Source: an uncultured Nitrospiraceae bacterium | Lineage (GTDB): Bacteria; Nitrospirota; Thermodesulfovibrionia; Thermodesulfovibrionales; Dissulfurispiraceae | Direction of reading: 5' to 3' | Length of the DNA stretch: 64,000 bases | NCBI GenBank assembly: GCA_963727805.1 | Contig: CAVSHF010000003.1 | Location: 1,536,001 to 1,600,000 of the forward strand | Part shown: in pieces, positions 18,432 through 27,126 of the stretch | Layout: each line of letters opens with the position of its first letter | Position numbering within the stretch: the first letter of the stretch is position 1 | Notes under the pieces: generated by a model | Seen by the model: the letters and a program-made list of their open reading frames with translations, nothing else | Database searches by the model: none | What the model was told of the DNA's origin: nothing | Program-made: the position numbers and the translations under genes

Positions 18432-18824
18432 TTACTGCGATGCCTCATGCAATCCCGCCTCCTGAGATACCTTAACGCCTGATGCATTCTCACCGCTGGG
18501 CAACATATCTAGCTGAAATGCTGCATTCTTTTCGTCAAAGATAATCTTGTAACCAAGGGTCTTAGATAGACCAATTCGAAACTTCCCCGATGAGAGATAA
18601 ACACTGCCGTCTGATAGTTCACCCACATCAACGCCCGTCGGGCCTCCCTTGATTTCAGCCAGCTTGTCATACCGGATACCTTCTCCGGCCTTATCAGCAA
18701 GAAACTTCCTCAGAATCATTTCGATCAAACATGAACGCGAGCATCCAGACTCACGGCTGATGTCATCGAGTAATTCCAACAGTTCCTGCTTTGTCCGGAA
18801 AGATACAGTCGCCGTTTTAAACAT
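18432..18824 (-). CDS. Ribbon-helix-helix (CopG-like) DNA-binding protein with extra C-terminal domain
   Basis: TATVSFRT..ELLELLDDISRESGCSRSCLIEMILRKFL; AGGAGG SD. Confidence 0.8.
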   Translation of the reverse strand: MFKTATVSFRTKQELLELLDDISRESGCSRSCLIEMILRKFLADKAGEGIRYDKLAEIKGGPTGVDVGELSDGSVYLSSGKFRIGLSKTLGYKIIFDEKNAAFQLDMLPSGENASGVKVSQEAGLHEASQ

Positions 18825-18870
18825 CTACAATCCTCCTTTCATCCATAATGTCAACCCAACCTGCCCCATT

Positions 18871-18962
18871 AAAAAAGCCCGAATCGATAAGAAAAGACTT
18901 CTTTTCTCGATCCGGGCTTTCTGGTGCCAAAGCAGGCGATTCTGCTGGTCAGCAAAGGACCC
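18871..18962 (-). ncRNA. Conserved leader RNA plus overlapping terminator, copy 3
   Basis: GGGTCCTTTGCTGACC-AGCAGAATCGCCTGCTTT-GGCACCAGAAAGCCCGGATCGA...TCGATTCGGGCTTTTTT. Confidence 0.75.
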
Positions 18963-18981
18963 TAACAGTGCGAATAAGAAT

Positions 18982-19035
18982 ATTGTACCACCTGAGTATT
19001 ACCATTGAGTGACAAAGGCATTACAAAAGTTTTAC
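18982..19035 (-). promoter_or_regulatory. Pho-box-like promoter of the RHH / CTERM-3 operon
   Basis: Minus strand GTAA, GTAA, GTCA, GTAA (plus coordinates 19032, 19021, 19010, 18999), 11-nt spacer, TG-G-TACAAT. Confidence 0.8.
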
Positions 19036-19350
19036 AAATGTATGGAGGTCGCGCGCAATTGAAAGTCCCGGATTCGATGAGCTACTTACCACCTGAAAGT
19101 CATGATTGTGGCAGGATTGGGAAGGTTTTCAAGACTAACTAACGGGAATATAGTAGAATTTTATGGTATTGCCGGAATATCGCTACCATCTTTTCTGCAG
19201 AAACCTGCCACCCCTGGGAAGGAGCAGCCCTTTGGTAAGAATGAGACGGTGTATTACTTTCATGCGAGAGGTGATACTGCATATGCTGTGCTCGCTACAA
19301 TGTGGCGCAGAATGTGGAGTTGAATGTTGGGGTGGAATGTTGGGGTGGAA

Positions 19351-19379
19351 TTGACAAAGAAGTAAGATTATCTTACAAT
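19351..19379 (+). promoter_or_regulatory. sigma70 promoter of the TA operon with palindromic operator
   Basis: TTGACA-17nt-TACAAT; GTAAGA-TTA-TCTTAC inverted repeat at 19362-19376. Confidence 0.75.
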
Positions 19380-19423
19380 TGAATTGGACGCTATTGTGCG
19401 ATGGTAGGATGGAGGCGGTAGCT

Positions 19424-19696
19424 ATGAAGACTATTACGGTTTCCGCAAAAGGGCAGATTGCTTTGCCGAAGGAGATTCGGGAGGCCTTACGTATCGAGAC
19501 GGGTTCGCAGCTTACGCCGGTTATAAAAGACGGTAAGCTCATTCTTGAACCGGTCGTGACCATTCCACAGTCTCAGGCTTGGTTCTGGACTCCCGCGTGG
19601 CAAAAGAAGATTGCCAATTCGATGGACGACATCAAGAAAGGACGCGTTTGCACCTTCACGTCGGTCAAGGAAATGAGGAAAGCCCTTGGCTCTTAA
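19424..19696 (+). CDS. AbrB/MazE/SpoVT-family antitoxin
   Basis: VSAKGQIALPKEIREALRI..G; QAWFWTPAWQ C-terminal motif; GGAGG SD. Confidence 0.88.
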   Translation: MKTITVSAKGQIALPKEIREALRIETGSQLTPVIKDGKLILEPVVTIPQSQAWFWTPAWQKKIANSMDDIKKGRVCTFTSVKEMRKALGS

Positions 19697-19961
19697 GACA
19701 TCTTTCACGGAGTCTGCCATAGGCGATCTAAATAGACTCCCAAAAGAGATCCGTTTAAAATTCTTTGATCAAGGCGAGCGTCTTCTGAAAAATCCTGCTC
19801 ACCCTTCATTGAGAAATGAGAAACTATCCGGCCGAGAAGAATGGGCGTTCAGTATCACAATGAACTATCGTGCTGTTTACATTCGCACATACGAAGAAAT
19901 TATAATCGTTGCCGTCAGCACCCATAAGGATGCGTTAGGGAACGGGCAGAATGCCAGATAG
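19686..19961 (+). CDS. RelE/ParE-superfamily toxin
   Basis: FTESA..DL.RLP, NPAHPSLRNEKL, FSITMNYRAV; overlaps the antitoxin end. Confidence 0.8.
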   Translation: MALKTSFTESAIGDLNRLPKEIRLKFFDQGERLLKNPAHPSLRNEKLSGREEWAFSITMNYRAVYIRTYEEIIIVAVSTHKDALGNGQNAR

Positions 19962-20552
19962 CGGACTGGGGAGTCTATCGCTTGTGTCGAAGCGGCATGC
20001 AGTTTGTCTTTGCCAGTTAAAAGGATGGACTCAAGAGAATGACCATAGGGGGATACTGCAGAAGCATAGGGGAGCGGAATATTTTCTGCTTGAAGAGGTG
20101 AATGGCGGGCCGAAAGATCGTGCCGAGGCCAGACCTTGCATGAGGCCGCAGCAGCAAAACCCTCTGCTCAATATACTAGAGAAGCGTGAGGCAGCTTTGT
20201 GGAGTTCAGATGGTAAAATTGCGTGTGTGCGCAGGTGGGCAGGGTTATGAGCGCATGACACTGAAGATGACTTTGTTGAACATCAAATTGGCTCTCCTGA
20301 GCCAGTCAATGGAAGCAGGAAATATTCGTGGTCTCAGGTAGTTCCAGAGTGCCTTAAAGACCGGAGATGCTCTGCCACAGTTGCTGGATCGCTTTGATTA
20401 GCTGGATCAAATGACGCCTTCTTTATGCTACAAGTAGAGCAAGTGTTCTGCAAGCTCAGCCAGGACTATCATCGGATTGGGTTAAAATTGCACGATGCTG
20501 TGTCTCTAAGATCTTTGTTTGCCCCTTCTTATCCTTACCATGTCGCTGCAAA

Positions 20553-21356
20553 CTAACAGCGGTTCAGCACAAACCCCAGGATCTTCTCCTTCGGAAGAAA
20601 CTGGATTGCTTTCTTTACATCATCCATCGAAGTTTTGCCGGCTTGTACAACGATAATTACATAGTCGACGAGAGGGGCGAGAGTCAGAACATCTGCCCCC
20701 GTAAGAATGGGAGGAACATCAAAAAGTATGTAACGTTCTGGATAGCGTCCTTTCATTTCAGCTATGAGTTCTTTCATACGCGGCGACCCGAGCATCTCGG
20801 CGCTTTCCAGGAAAGCCCTCCCTCCGGAAATCAGAGTCATCTTCTCAATCCCCGGCCAGGTGATCAGTTCGGAAACAGGTGATCCATCGGCAAGATAGTC
20901 TATCAGTCCCTTTTCACCCGCGCATCCAAGGTATTTATGAATACTTTGTTTCCTCAAATCACCGTCAACCAGCAGGACCGTATGCTGGAACTCCCGCGCA
21001 AATGTGAAGGCAAGATTAATGGCAGTAATCGTCTTGCCCTCTCGCGGTAAGGCACTTGTAACCATAATCGTATTGCCCCCGGTGCCTTGGCGTCGCCGCA
21101 GAATCTGCGTCCGCAGGACCCTGAAGGCCTCTGCTTCCGGAACATTGTCCAGGTAAGCCAGACACCGATTACACGCGATGAATCCCGGGTCCAGATGAAT
21201 GGTCCGGGATTGAGAATAAGTCGGCGATATCCATCCGGGCTTCTCCTTGTCGTTCTCTTCCAGATTGTTCTGCATGGAGGGCGTTGGGGCTTCTTCCTTT
21301 AGCGTCCCCGGCCTTTTTCTCAACAACTTTATAGTTTCCCTGATCTCATTTATCAT
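20553..21356 (-). CDS. CpsD/CapB-family bacterial tyrosine autokinase (EPS)
   Basis: EAFRVLRT, VTSALPREGKT, LLVDGDLR, FDVPP. Confidence 0.92.
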   Translation of the reverse strand: MINEIRETIKLLRKRPGTLKEEAPTPSMQNNLEENDKEKPGWISPTYSQSRTIHLDPGFIACNRCLAYLDNVPEAEAFRVLRTQILRRRQGTGGNTIMVTSALPREGKTITAINLAFTFAREFQHTVLLVDGDLRKQSIHKYLGCAGEKGLIDYLADGSPVSELITWPGIEKMTLISGGRAFLESAEMLGSPRMKELIAEMKGRYPERYILFDVPPILTGADVLTLAPLVDYVIIVVQAGKTSMDDVKKAIQFLPKEKILGFVLNRC

Positions 21357-21389
21357 TAGAACCGCTCCCTTTCAAGCTCTCTTTTAAAT

Positions 21390-22961
21390 TCACTGGGCCA
21401 AACGCCTGCCAACGCGTGCCCAGAGAACATCCAGATCCATCACGAAGAAATGAATAAACAGGACCGCAACCACCACTAGGACGACCACGGTGCCGGCGAG
21501 TACCTTCCGGCGCTGCTTCTTCCTCAGTTCATCCTCCAATGTGACAATCTCTGGTATCTCTGCGAGGACCGGGAAGGGACCTGCTATCGCCAGGTCTTCG
21601 GACCGGCGCGCTGAGTGATCACTGGTTTCTTGCAGAGCAGCAGTTCCAACGCCTGCTCCTATTCCAAGAATGAGCCCGATCAGGAGGATAACTGGGCGAT
21701 TTGGTCTTACAGGCTTCTCAGGCAGTCTCGCCGGGTCGATCAATGTAAATCGCTCACCGATATTGCCCTTTTCCAGCCCCTGGGCTACCTTTGCTTCCAT
21801 ATACTTTTTAGTAAGATCTTCATACTTGGCCTGCGTATTGTTTCTGTCCACCACCAGATTCTTGTAGCCTTCTTCCACCCTGGGAGACATTTCCATTCTT
21901 CTTTGGTATTCGTTTTTCTTTTTTTCGAGCTCGCTGATTTGTCGTTGGACCGAGCTTATCTCTGACTGCGTGCTTGCCAGTTGAGAATCGAGCGCTATGT
22001 AAGCAGGATTATCCGGTTTTTTCGCAATGGCTTTTTGCTTTTCAGGAGAATCCAGTATTTTTTCAAGTTCAGCGATTTCTTTTTTGGTTTTGATGACGTC
22101 TGGATAAGCATCAGAATAACGGGTCTTTTGGCTCGATAATGCCACCCTTAACTCCTTTAGGCGATCCTTGTTCTGGGTTTCAGCATCAGGGACCATACTT
22201 GCCAGCTGGGTCTGCAGGTAACTTTCCTTCTCCTTAAGGGTGCGCAGTTGATCGGTGAGCTGCTCATACATCCTATTATTCGCATCAAGAGTCTGGAGGT
22301 TAAACTGAAAAAGTTCAGGCAAAGCCAGGGGATTCTTCTCTTTGTAAACAGCTATCGCCTTCTCTAACGCGAGGAGCTTAGCCTGTACGGAATTCACTTC
22401 ATCTTGCAGGAATTTTGTGGTCCCTGACGTCTGCTCACTCGTGACCTTGATGTTCTCTTCAAGATACAGAGATGCCAGGACATTGGCAACCTGTTGGACC
22501 ACGACCGGATTTTTCCCTTCATATGAAACAGTAAATGCAATGGTCGCCGCCGTTTTCTGACCCGTCCGCCGGTCTATGACGTCTGCCATGACGGTTTCGA
22601 ACTTGATATCTTTTTTTCGCATGTTCTCGACTATCTCTTCGGTGGTGGATTTATTGCGCTTATCCGCATAGAGATTGAACTTGTTGATTATTTCAACAAG
22701 ACGCGCCGAGCTCATGATTCTCTGGTTGATCATCTGCAGGCGCTGTTCCGCATAACTGGTCACAGTCGCCATAACATAGTCACGTGAAATTTCCTGTTCC
22801 TCGATAAGGATTGTTGATGTGGAACGATAAACAGGGTCCCATATGAGAAGGACAAGCACCGAAAGAATGACCGCTGAGAGTGCCGGCACTAAAACCGCCC
22901 AACGTCGCCGCTTGATTATTTTGATAACATCTTCGATATTTATTGCTTTATTTTGCTCCAT
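21390..22961 (-). CDS. Polysaccharide co-polymerase / chain-length determinant (Wzc N-terminal type)
   Basis: TM-flanked coiled-coil periplasmic domain, YSDAYPDV, IDPARLPEKPVRPNR. Confidence 0.9.
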   Translation of the reverse strand: MEQNKAINIEDVIKIIKRRRWAVLVPALSAVILSVLVLLIWDPVYRSTSTILIEEQEISRDYVMATVTSYAEQRLQMINQRIMSSARLVEIINKFNLYADKRNKSTTEEIVENMRKKDIKFETVMADVIDRRTGQKTAATIAFTVSYEGKNPVVVQQVANVLASLYLEENIKVTSEQTSGTTKFLQDEVNSVQAKLLALEKAIAVYKEKNPLALPELFQFNLQTLDANNRMYEQLTDQLRTLKEKESYLQTQLASMVPDAETQNKDRLKELRVALSSQKTRYSDAYPDVIKTKKEIAELEKILDSPEKQKAIAKKPDNPAYIALDSQLASTQSEISSVQRQISELEKKKNEYQRRMEMSPRVEEGYKNLVVDRNNTQAKYEDLTKKYMEAKVAQGLEKGNIGERFTLIDPARLPEKPVRPNRPVILLIGLILGIGAGVGTAALQETSDHSARRSEDLAIAGPFPVLAEIPEIVTLEDELRKKQRRKVLAGTVVVLVVVAVLFIHFFVMDLDVLWARVGRRLAQ

Positions 22962-22992
22962 GCAGAGTCCTTTCCATTTTTTATAAATGCCA

Positions 22993-24222
22993 CTACTCTA
23001 AAACTGGATGCTGGATATACAAGCGCAGAGAGAAGAGATGCCTGTTCGCCTTAGTTGTCGTTGCCATATCGTTTACCATAACATAGTCGTACGACCCCTC
23101 TGCAAACATATCTCTTGAGAATTCGTAGCGAATCCATGGATTGATATGGAAGGTCCGCTGTTTGATCGTCTGTGAAGAAAATTTCTGCGAGTTCGAATCA
23201 TTAATAAAATATTCGGCAGTGAAATTGAGCAAGAATTCGTATGAAATCCTGTGCTGGGCCGAAAGAGCCAGGGAATCACGCACCGCTGCACCCCCCAGTC
23301 CGACTGCCGGCTGAACGAGTCTGCTGTAAGAGAGACTCCCCGAACCGACTTCACCCTTGAAATTCAGCGAAGCACTGCCTACCCAGCCCCAGCCGGCATT
23401 CTTGACTTGCTCACTCACCACCTGGTTACCAATCTGAATCGGAAATCCAAAGAAGAAGCCGTAGACAGGCTCCAGCTGTGTTATAGTTATATCCGCCCGG
23501 GTATGCTGGACCCCGCCATCAGCCTGAATGCTCCACACTTCGTTGAAATCCCGCGAAAAGCCGACAGTGCCCGTCACACTGCCTATGTCGGAGCCGATGA
23601 AAGAATAATCACTGTACGTCGCATTTATCCTTCCCTTCACAGCGGGGAAGTATGTGCCCAGATCATAGACAAGCCCTGCATTGACGTTATGGGATGTATC
23701 GTCAAGATACTTTTCACTGGTAAACTGGTCTCTGCCGTATCCATAGGATGCAGATAGCGCTGCCTTTTCGGTAAGCTGATAATCAGCCGACAGCGAAGAG
23801 GTAATATTTTGACGAGGTACTGCTGACAAAACAATGCCTGTGGTTTCTATGGCACGGTCAGGACGCGAATCTTTTATATAACCGGCTGCGGCTGATAATC
23901 TCAACAGTGGCGTAAGGAGATATTGTAAACTGCCGTTGTATGTCTGGTCTGTGGCACTTAGGTCCCTGTTGTTAGTGTATTCAATGCGGTCCAGTCTGGC
24001 TAGCACATCCATATTAATCCGCTCTGTGTTATTAACCATTTCGAGCCCGGGAGACAAAGTAGTGATAAAATCGTCTTTTTTATCACTTGAAGAAAGAAAA
24101 ATATTATTGTTGTATTCCTCTTTGACTGAAAGGCAAGGTACAATACGGAACTCATTTCCCCATGCAAAGGCGGGACAGGCAACCAGAAAGATAATAACAA
24201 GGATGATGGACCGATAACTCAT
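22993..24222 (-). CDS. Outer-membrane beta-barrel protein of the EPS/exosortase locus
   Basis: Signal peptide, EEYNNNIF..DDFITTLSPG, alternating aromatic beta-strand pattern. Confidence 0.75.
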   Translation of the reverse strand: MSYRSIILVIIFLVACPAFAWGNEFRIVPCLSVKEEYNNNIFLSSSDKKDDFITTLSPGLEMVNNTERINMDVLARLDRIEYTNNRDLSATDQTYNGSLQYLLTPLLRLSAAAGYIKDSRPDRAIETTGIVLSAVPRQNITSSLSADYQLTEKAALSASYGYGRDQFTSEKYLDDTSHNVNAGLVYDLGTYFPAVKGRINATYSDYSFIGSDIGSVTGTVGFSRDFNEVWSIQADGGVQHTRADITITQLEPVYGFFFGFPIQIGNQVVSEQVKNAGWGWVGSASLNFKGEVGSGSLSYSRLVQPAVGLGGAAVRDSLALSAQHRISYEFLLNFTAEYFINDSNSQKFSSQTIKQRTFHINPWIRYEFSRDMFAEGSYDYVMVNDMATTTKANRHLFSLRLYIQHPVLE

Positions 24223-24878
24223 CAGGGAATAACTACGACGTCACCCCGTTTGAGCCTGATATTCTGCTCAAGACGCTTGCCGTCAACCACCTCGTCATAC
24301 TCAAATGGCAATATAGTCGTTTCATTTTTTCCCCGTCTGAATACCTTGATCCTGTTCCTTTTTGCATAAACGTTAAGACCTCCGGCAGTGGCGAGAGCCT
24401 GCAGTACATCCACATTGGTATTCATGACGAATCGGCCGGGAGTATTGACTCTTCCAATGACGTAAATGATCAGACTGTTTACCTGCTTGATATCCATATA
24501 TAAGTTTGCCTCTGGGACATAAGGTTCGAGTCTTTTTTCAATCTCCGCTTTAAGTTGTGAAGCCGTCCTTCCAGCAGCCTGTATATCCCCGATCAGAGGG
24601 AATGAGATCAAGCCATCCGGTCGCACAGTGCACGAACGGGTTAAGGCTTCATCCTTCCACACGGCAATATCCAGAACATCCCCCGGTCCGATGATATACC
24701 CTCCTTCAGCGGGCACCTTTGTGGACGGTGACTCTGCATTCAGTGCAACGGCATTACCTTCGGACACTGATGCTGTAGTTGCAGAATTCTCAGCATCTTC
24801 GCCTTCAGCCCACATTATTGCTGATGAGGAAACTACCAGCATCCAAGCTATCATCAAAATCAACATGGTTCGAAGCAT
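24222..24878 (-). CDS. wza: Polysaccharide export protein (Wza/OPX, poly_export plus SLBB)
   Basis: YIIGPGDVLDIAVW, VRPDGLISFPLIG, LKRGDVVVIP. Confidence 0.9.
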   Translation of the reverse strand: MLRTMLILMIAWMLVVSSSAIMWAEGEDAENSATTASVSEGNAVALNAESPSTKVPAEGGYIIGPGDVLDIAVWKDEALTRSCTVRPDGLISFPLIGDIQAAGRTASQLKAEIEKRLEPYVPEANLYMDIKQVNSLIIYVIGRVNTPGRFVMNTNVDVLQALATAGGLNVYAKRNRIKVFRRGKNETTILPFEYDEVVDGKRLEQNIRLKRGDVVVIP

Positions 24879-24902
24879 TTTTTTTCGCTCCTCCTAAATT
24901 TA

Positions 24903-24936
24903 TACAGGGACGGGTAGTAAACAACCCGCCCCTGCA
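24903..24936. repeat. REP-like GC-rich intergenic hairpin
   Basis: CAGGGACGGGT-AGTAAACA-ACCCGCCCCTG. Confidence 0.45.
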
Positions 24937-24955
24937 TTGATCATTTTTTCAGCTT

Positions 24956-26950
24956 CTAATGGATTCCAGCCACGGTTTTCTCTGCCTCCTCCTTGCCCGG
25001 GAAACCGACTTTGGAATTCAGGGCAATCTGGAGATATTCTTTTGCCTTTCCTGTATTGCCTGCCCGGTAGTAGGCCATCCCCAGATGATAATTGATCACT
25101 GGGTTCCCGGAGGCCTTTGCCTGCGCCTTTGTGAGCGCAATCAGTGCCAGATTCAGATCGCCTTTTCGGTAATTGATCCAGCCTTCGGTATCGTATATGG
25201 CGGGATGATCCGGGTAAAGGGATTTAGCCTTCTCAACAAGAATAAGAGCACGGTCAAGATCCTTCTTGCCATTGCCGTATTCACTTAACAGGTAGGCCAG
25301 GTCGTTCGTAGTGGACCATATTTCAGGATGAATTCGAACTATGTGCTCCAATTCTGCGATAGCACGGTCCCATTTCTTCTGTGCACCATATAAGGCACTC
25401 AGTTTCACATAACTCAACGGATTATTCGGGACGCGCTTCTTGATATCCTCGTACGCCCCTTCAGCACGCTTAAAGTCACCCGCAAGCATCATAAGGTCTC
25501 CCAAATCTGCCCTCACATCCAGATCGTTCGGGTTCTTATCCAGGATGCTGCGATACTGGGATTCGGCATTCTTGAAATCTTTCTGCGCGGCGTAGATGCG
25601 GGCCATGGCTCTAATTATGTCCCTTGAATCTGGCGCAATTTTTAATGCATTTTGAAGAGTGTCGAAGGCAAGGTTCATTTCCTTATTCATAGCATGTGCC
25701 TCGGCAAGGCTGATGTAACCCGGTATAAATGTCTGCCTTTCGTTGATAACAGTCCGGAATGACGAAACTGCCTGAACGCCTTCCTGCTTTCTGAGATGGA
25801 TAGTTCCGGCGATATAATTGGCATCCACGTTCTTAGGACTTTCCTTGAGCACTTCATCCGCATACTTCTTCGCCTTGTCGATCTCCTGTCTTGAAAGGTA
25901 GAACTGCGCCAAAGAATTTTTTGCATGAAGGATGTTCGGATTCGCCGAATCTCTCTCCAATCCCAGACATTCCTTCAGCATGGACTCTGCTTGCTCCGGA
26001 CGGTTTGTACTTAAATAGAAAGCACTCAGAGCAAAGCGAATCTGGAAGCTTTTTGCATTCTGTCGTATTCCTTCCTTCAGCTGCTGCTCAGCTTCGGCAG
26101 GCTTATTTCTTGAAGCATAGAAATCCGCCGCCTGTATCCACCGGTCTTCCTTTTTCGGATCAGCAGATACAAATGACTTCAGGACATCGGCTGCCTGCGG
26201 CTCTTTGCCCAATCCCCAATAAATCCCGGCCAGAGCCAGGCGGTGCTGACTTACCTCAGGCTCTATTGCAATAACCTTTTGCATAAGGTTCACCGCTTCA
26301 TCAGACCTTTTGTTCTTCAGATAAAAATCAGCCAGGGCAAGATAAAGCGGAATCGCTTTCTCATTGGCCTTGATACCTTCACGCAAGGTATTCTCCGCTT
26401 TTTGTGTATCGCCTTTATAAGCGTATATTGAAGTCAGAAGTAAGTAGCCGTCAGGTTTATGGACGTCCCTGCCCACAACGGATTCCAAGAATTGCCGTGC
26501 GCTGTCGACATCCTTCTTTTGCAACAGGACAGCTCCTTTTAAGATCAGAGCATCCTCTTTTTTCGGTTCGGCTTTTAAAACAAGTTCCACCTTCTCCATT
26601 GCCTCATCCGTCTTACCGGCGCTCAATAAAAATCTGCCCAACTGGATATGGGCGTCCCAATGCTGCGGTGCCAATTCGATTACCTTTAAAAAGGTTCCGT
26701 AGGCCGCCCTGGGGTCTCCCGATTTCAAAGCGATCATCCCGAGCATGAAATATGCGTCGGCATATTTAAGGTCGATCTGAACGGCATTTTTGAACTCCAG
26801 TTTGGCTTTTACATAATCTCCCTTTTCATACAACTCCTTGCCTTTATTATAAAATTTGAGCTTTTTTTCTTCAGGACCACTACAGGCCGCTAAGATCGCG
26901 ACGATCAACAGCAGTAAAACTCCTATAAACAGCTTGTTTTTTCTGAACAT
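24956..26950 (-). CDS. TPR-repeat lipoprotein, PrsT-like (PEP-CTERM system)
   Basis: Lipobox LAAC; many TPR repeats; C-terminal NDLAYLL..DTEGWI.Y..YHLGMAY. Confidence 0.85.
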   Translation of the reverse strand: MFRKNKLFIGVLLLLIVAILAACSGPEEKKLKFYNKGKELYEKGDYVKAKLEFKNAVQIDLKYADAYFMLGMIALKSGDPRAAYGTFLKVIELAPQHWDAHIQLGRFLLSAGKTDEAMEKVELVLKAEPKKEDALILKGAVLLQKKDVDSARQFLESVVGRDVHKPDGYLLLTSIYAYKGDTQKAENTLREGIKANEKAIPLYLALADFYLKNKRSDEAVNLMQKVIAIEPEVSQHRLALAGIYWGLGKEPQAADVLKSFVSADPKKEDRWIQAADFYASRNKPAEAEQQLKEGIRQNAKSFQIRFALSAFYLSTNRPEQAESMLKECLGLERDSANPNILHAKNSLAQFYLSRQEIDKAKKYADEVLKESPKNVDANYIAGTIHLRKQEGVQAVSSFRTVINERQTFIPGYISLAEAHAMNKEMNLAFDTLQNALKIAPDSRDIIRAMARIYAAQKDFKNAESQYRSILDKNPNDLDVRADLGDLMMLAGDFKRAEGAYEDIKKRVPNNPLSYVKLSALYGAQKKWDRAIAELEHIVRIHPEIWSTTNDLAYLLSEYGNGKKDLDRALILVEKAKSLYPDHPAIYDTEGWINYRKGDLNLALIALTKAQAKASGNPVINYHLGMAYYRAGNTGKAKEYLQIALNSKVGFPGKEEAEKTVAGIH

Positions 26951-27040
26951 CGGGCTAACCTCCACTTTGTCGCAGTTGTTGGGGACGCACTGATTACTGG
27001 CGAGCCCCTCCCGGCAGACGAGCCCCTATAAAGAAGATGT

Positions 27041-27095
27041 ATTATTGCCTGACGACTATTACGGTAAGATGAAAGGCAGGTTAAACTTCTGTGAA
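27041..27095 (-). promoter_or_regulatory. Internal Pho-box-like promoter for the TPR lipoprotein to kinase genes
   Basis: Minus strand TTCA, TTAA, TTCA, GTAA (plus coordinates 27092, 27081, 27070, 27059), 12-nt spacer, AATAAT. Confidence 0.65.
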
Positions 27096-27126
27096 ATTCC
27101 CTGATTGATTAGAGATTGTGCAGTAT

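Noticed and set aside
19309..19350. Short tandem repeat GAATGTTGGGGTG (2 copies plus a degenerate one)
   Set aside because: Too short and has no spacers, so not CRISPR; may be a decayed low-complexity coding remnant, but unsupported.
19414..19421. GGCGGTAG (ops-like) on the plus strand
   Set aside because: Coincides with the antitoxin SD/spacer (GGAGGCGGTAGCTATG) of a two-gene operon.
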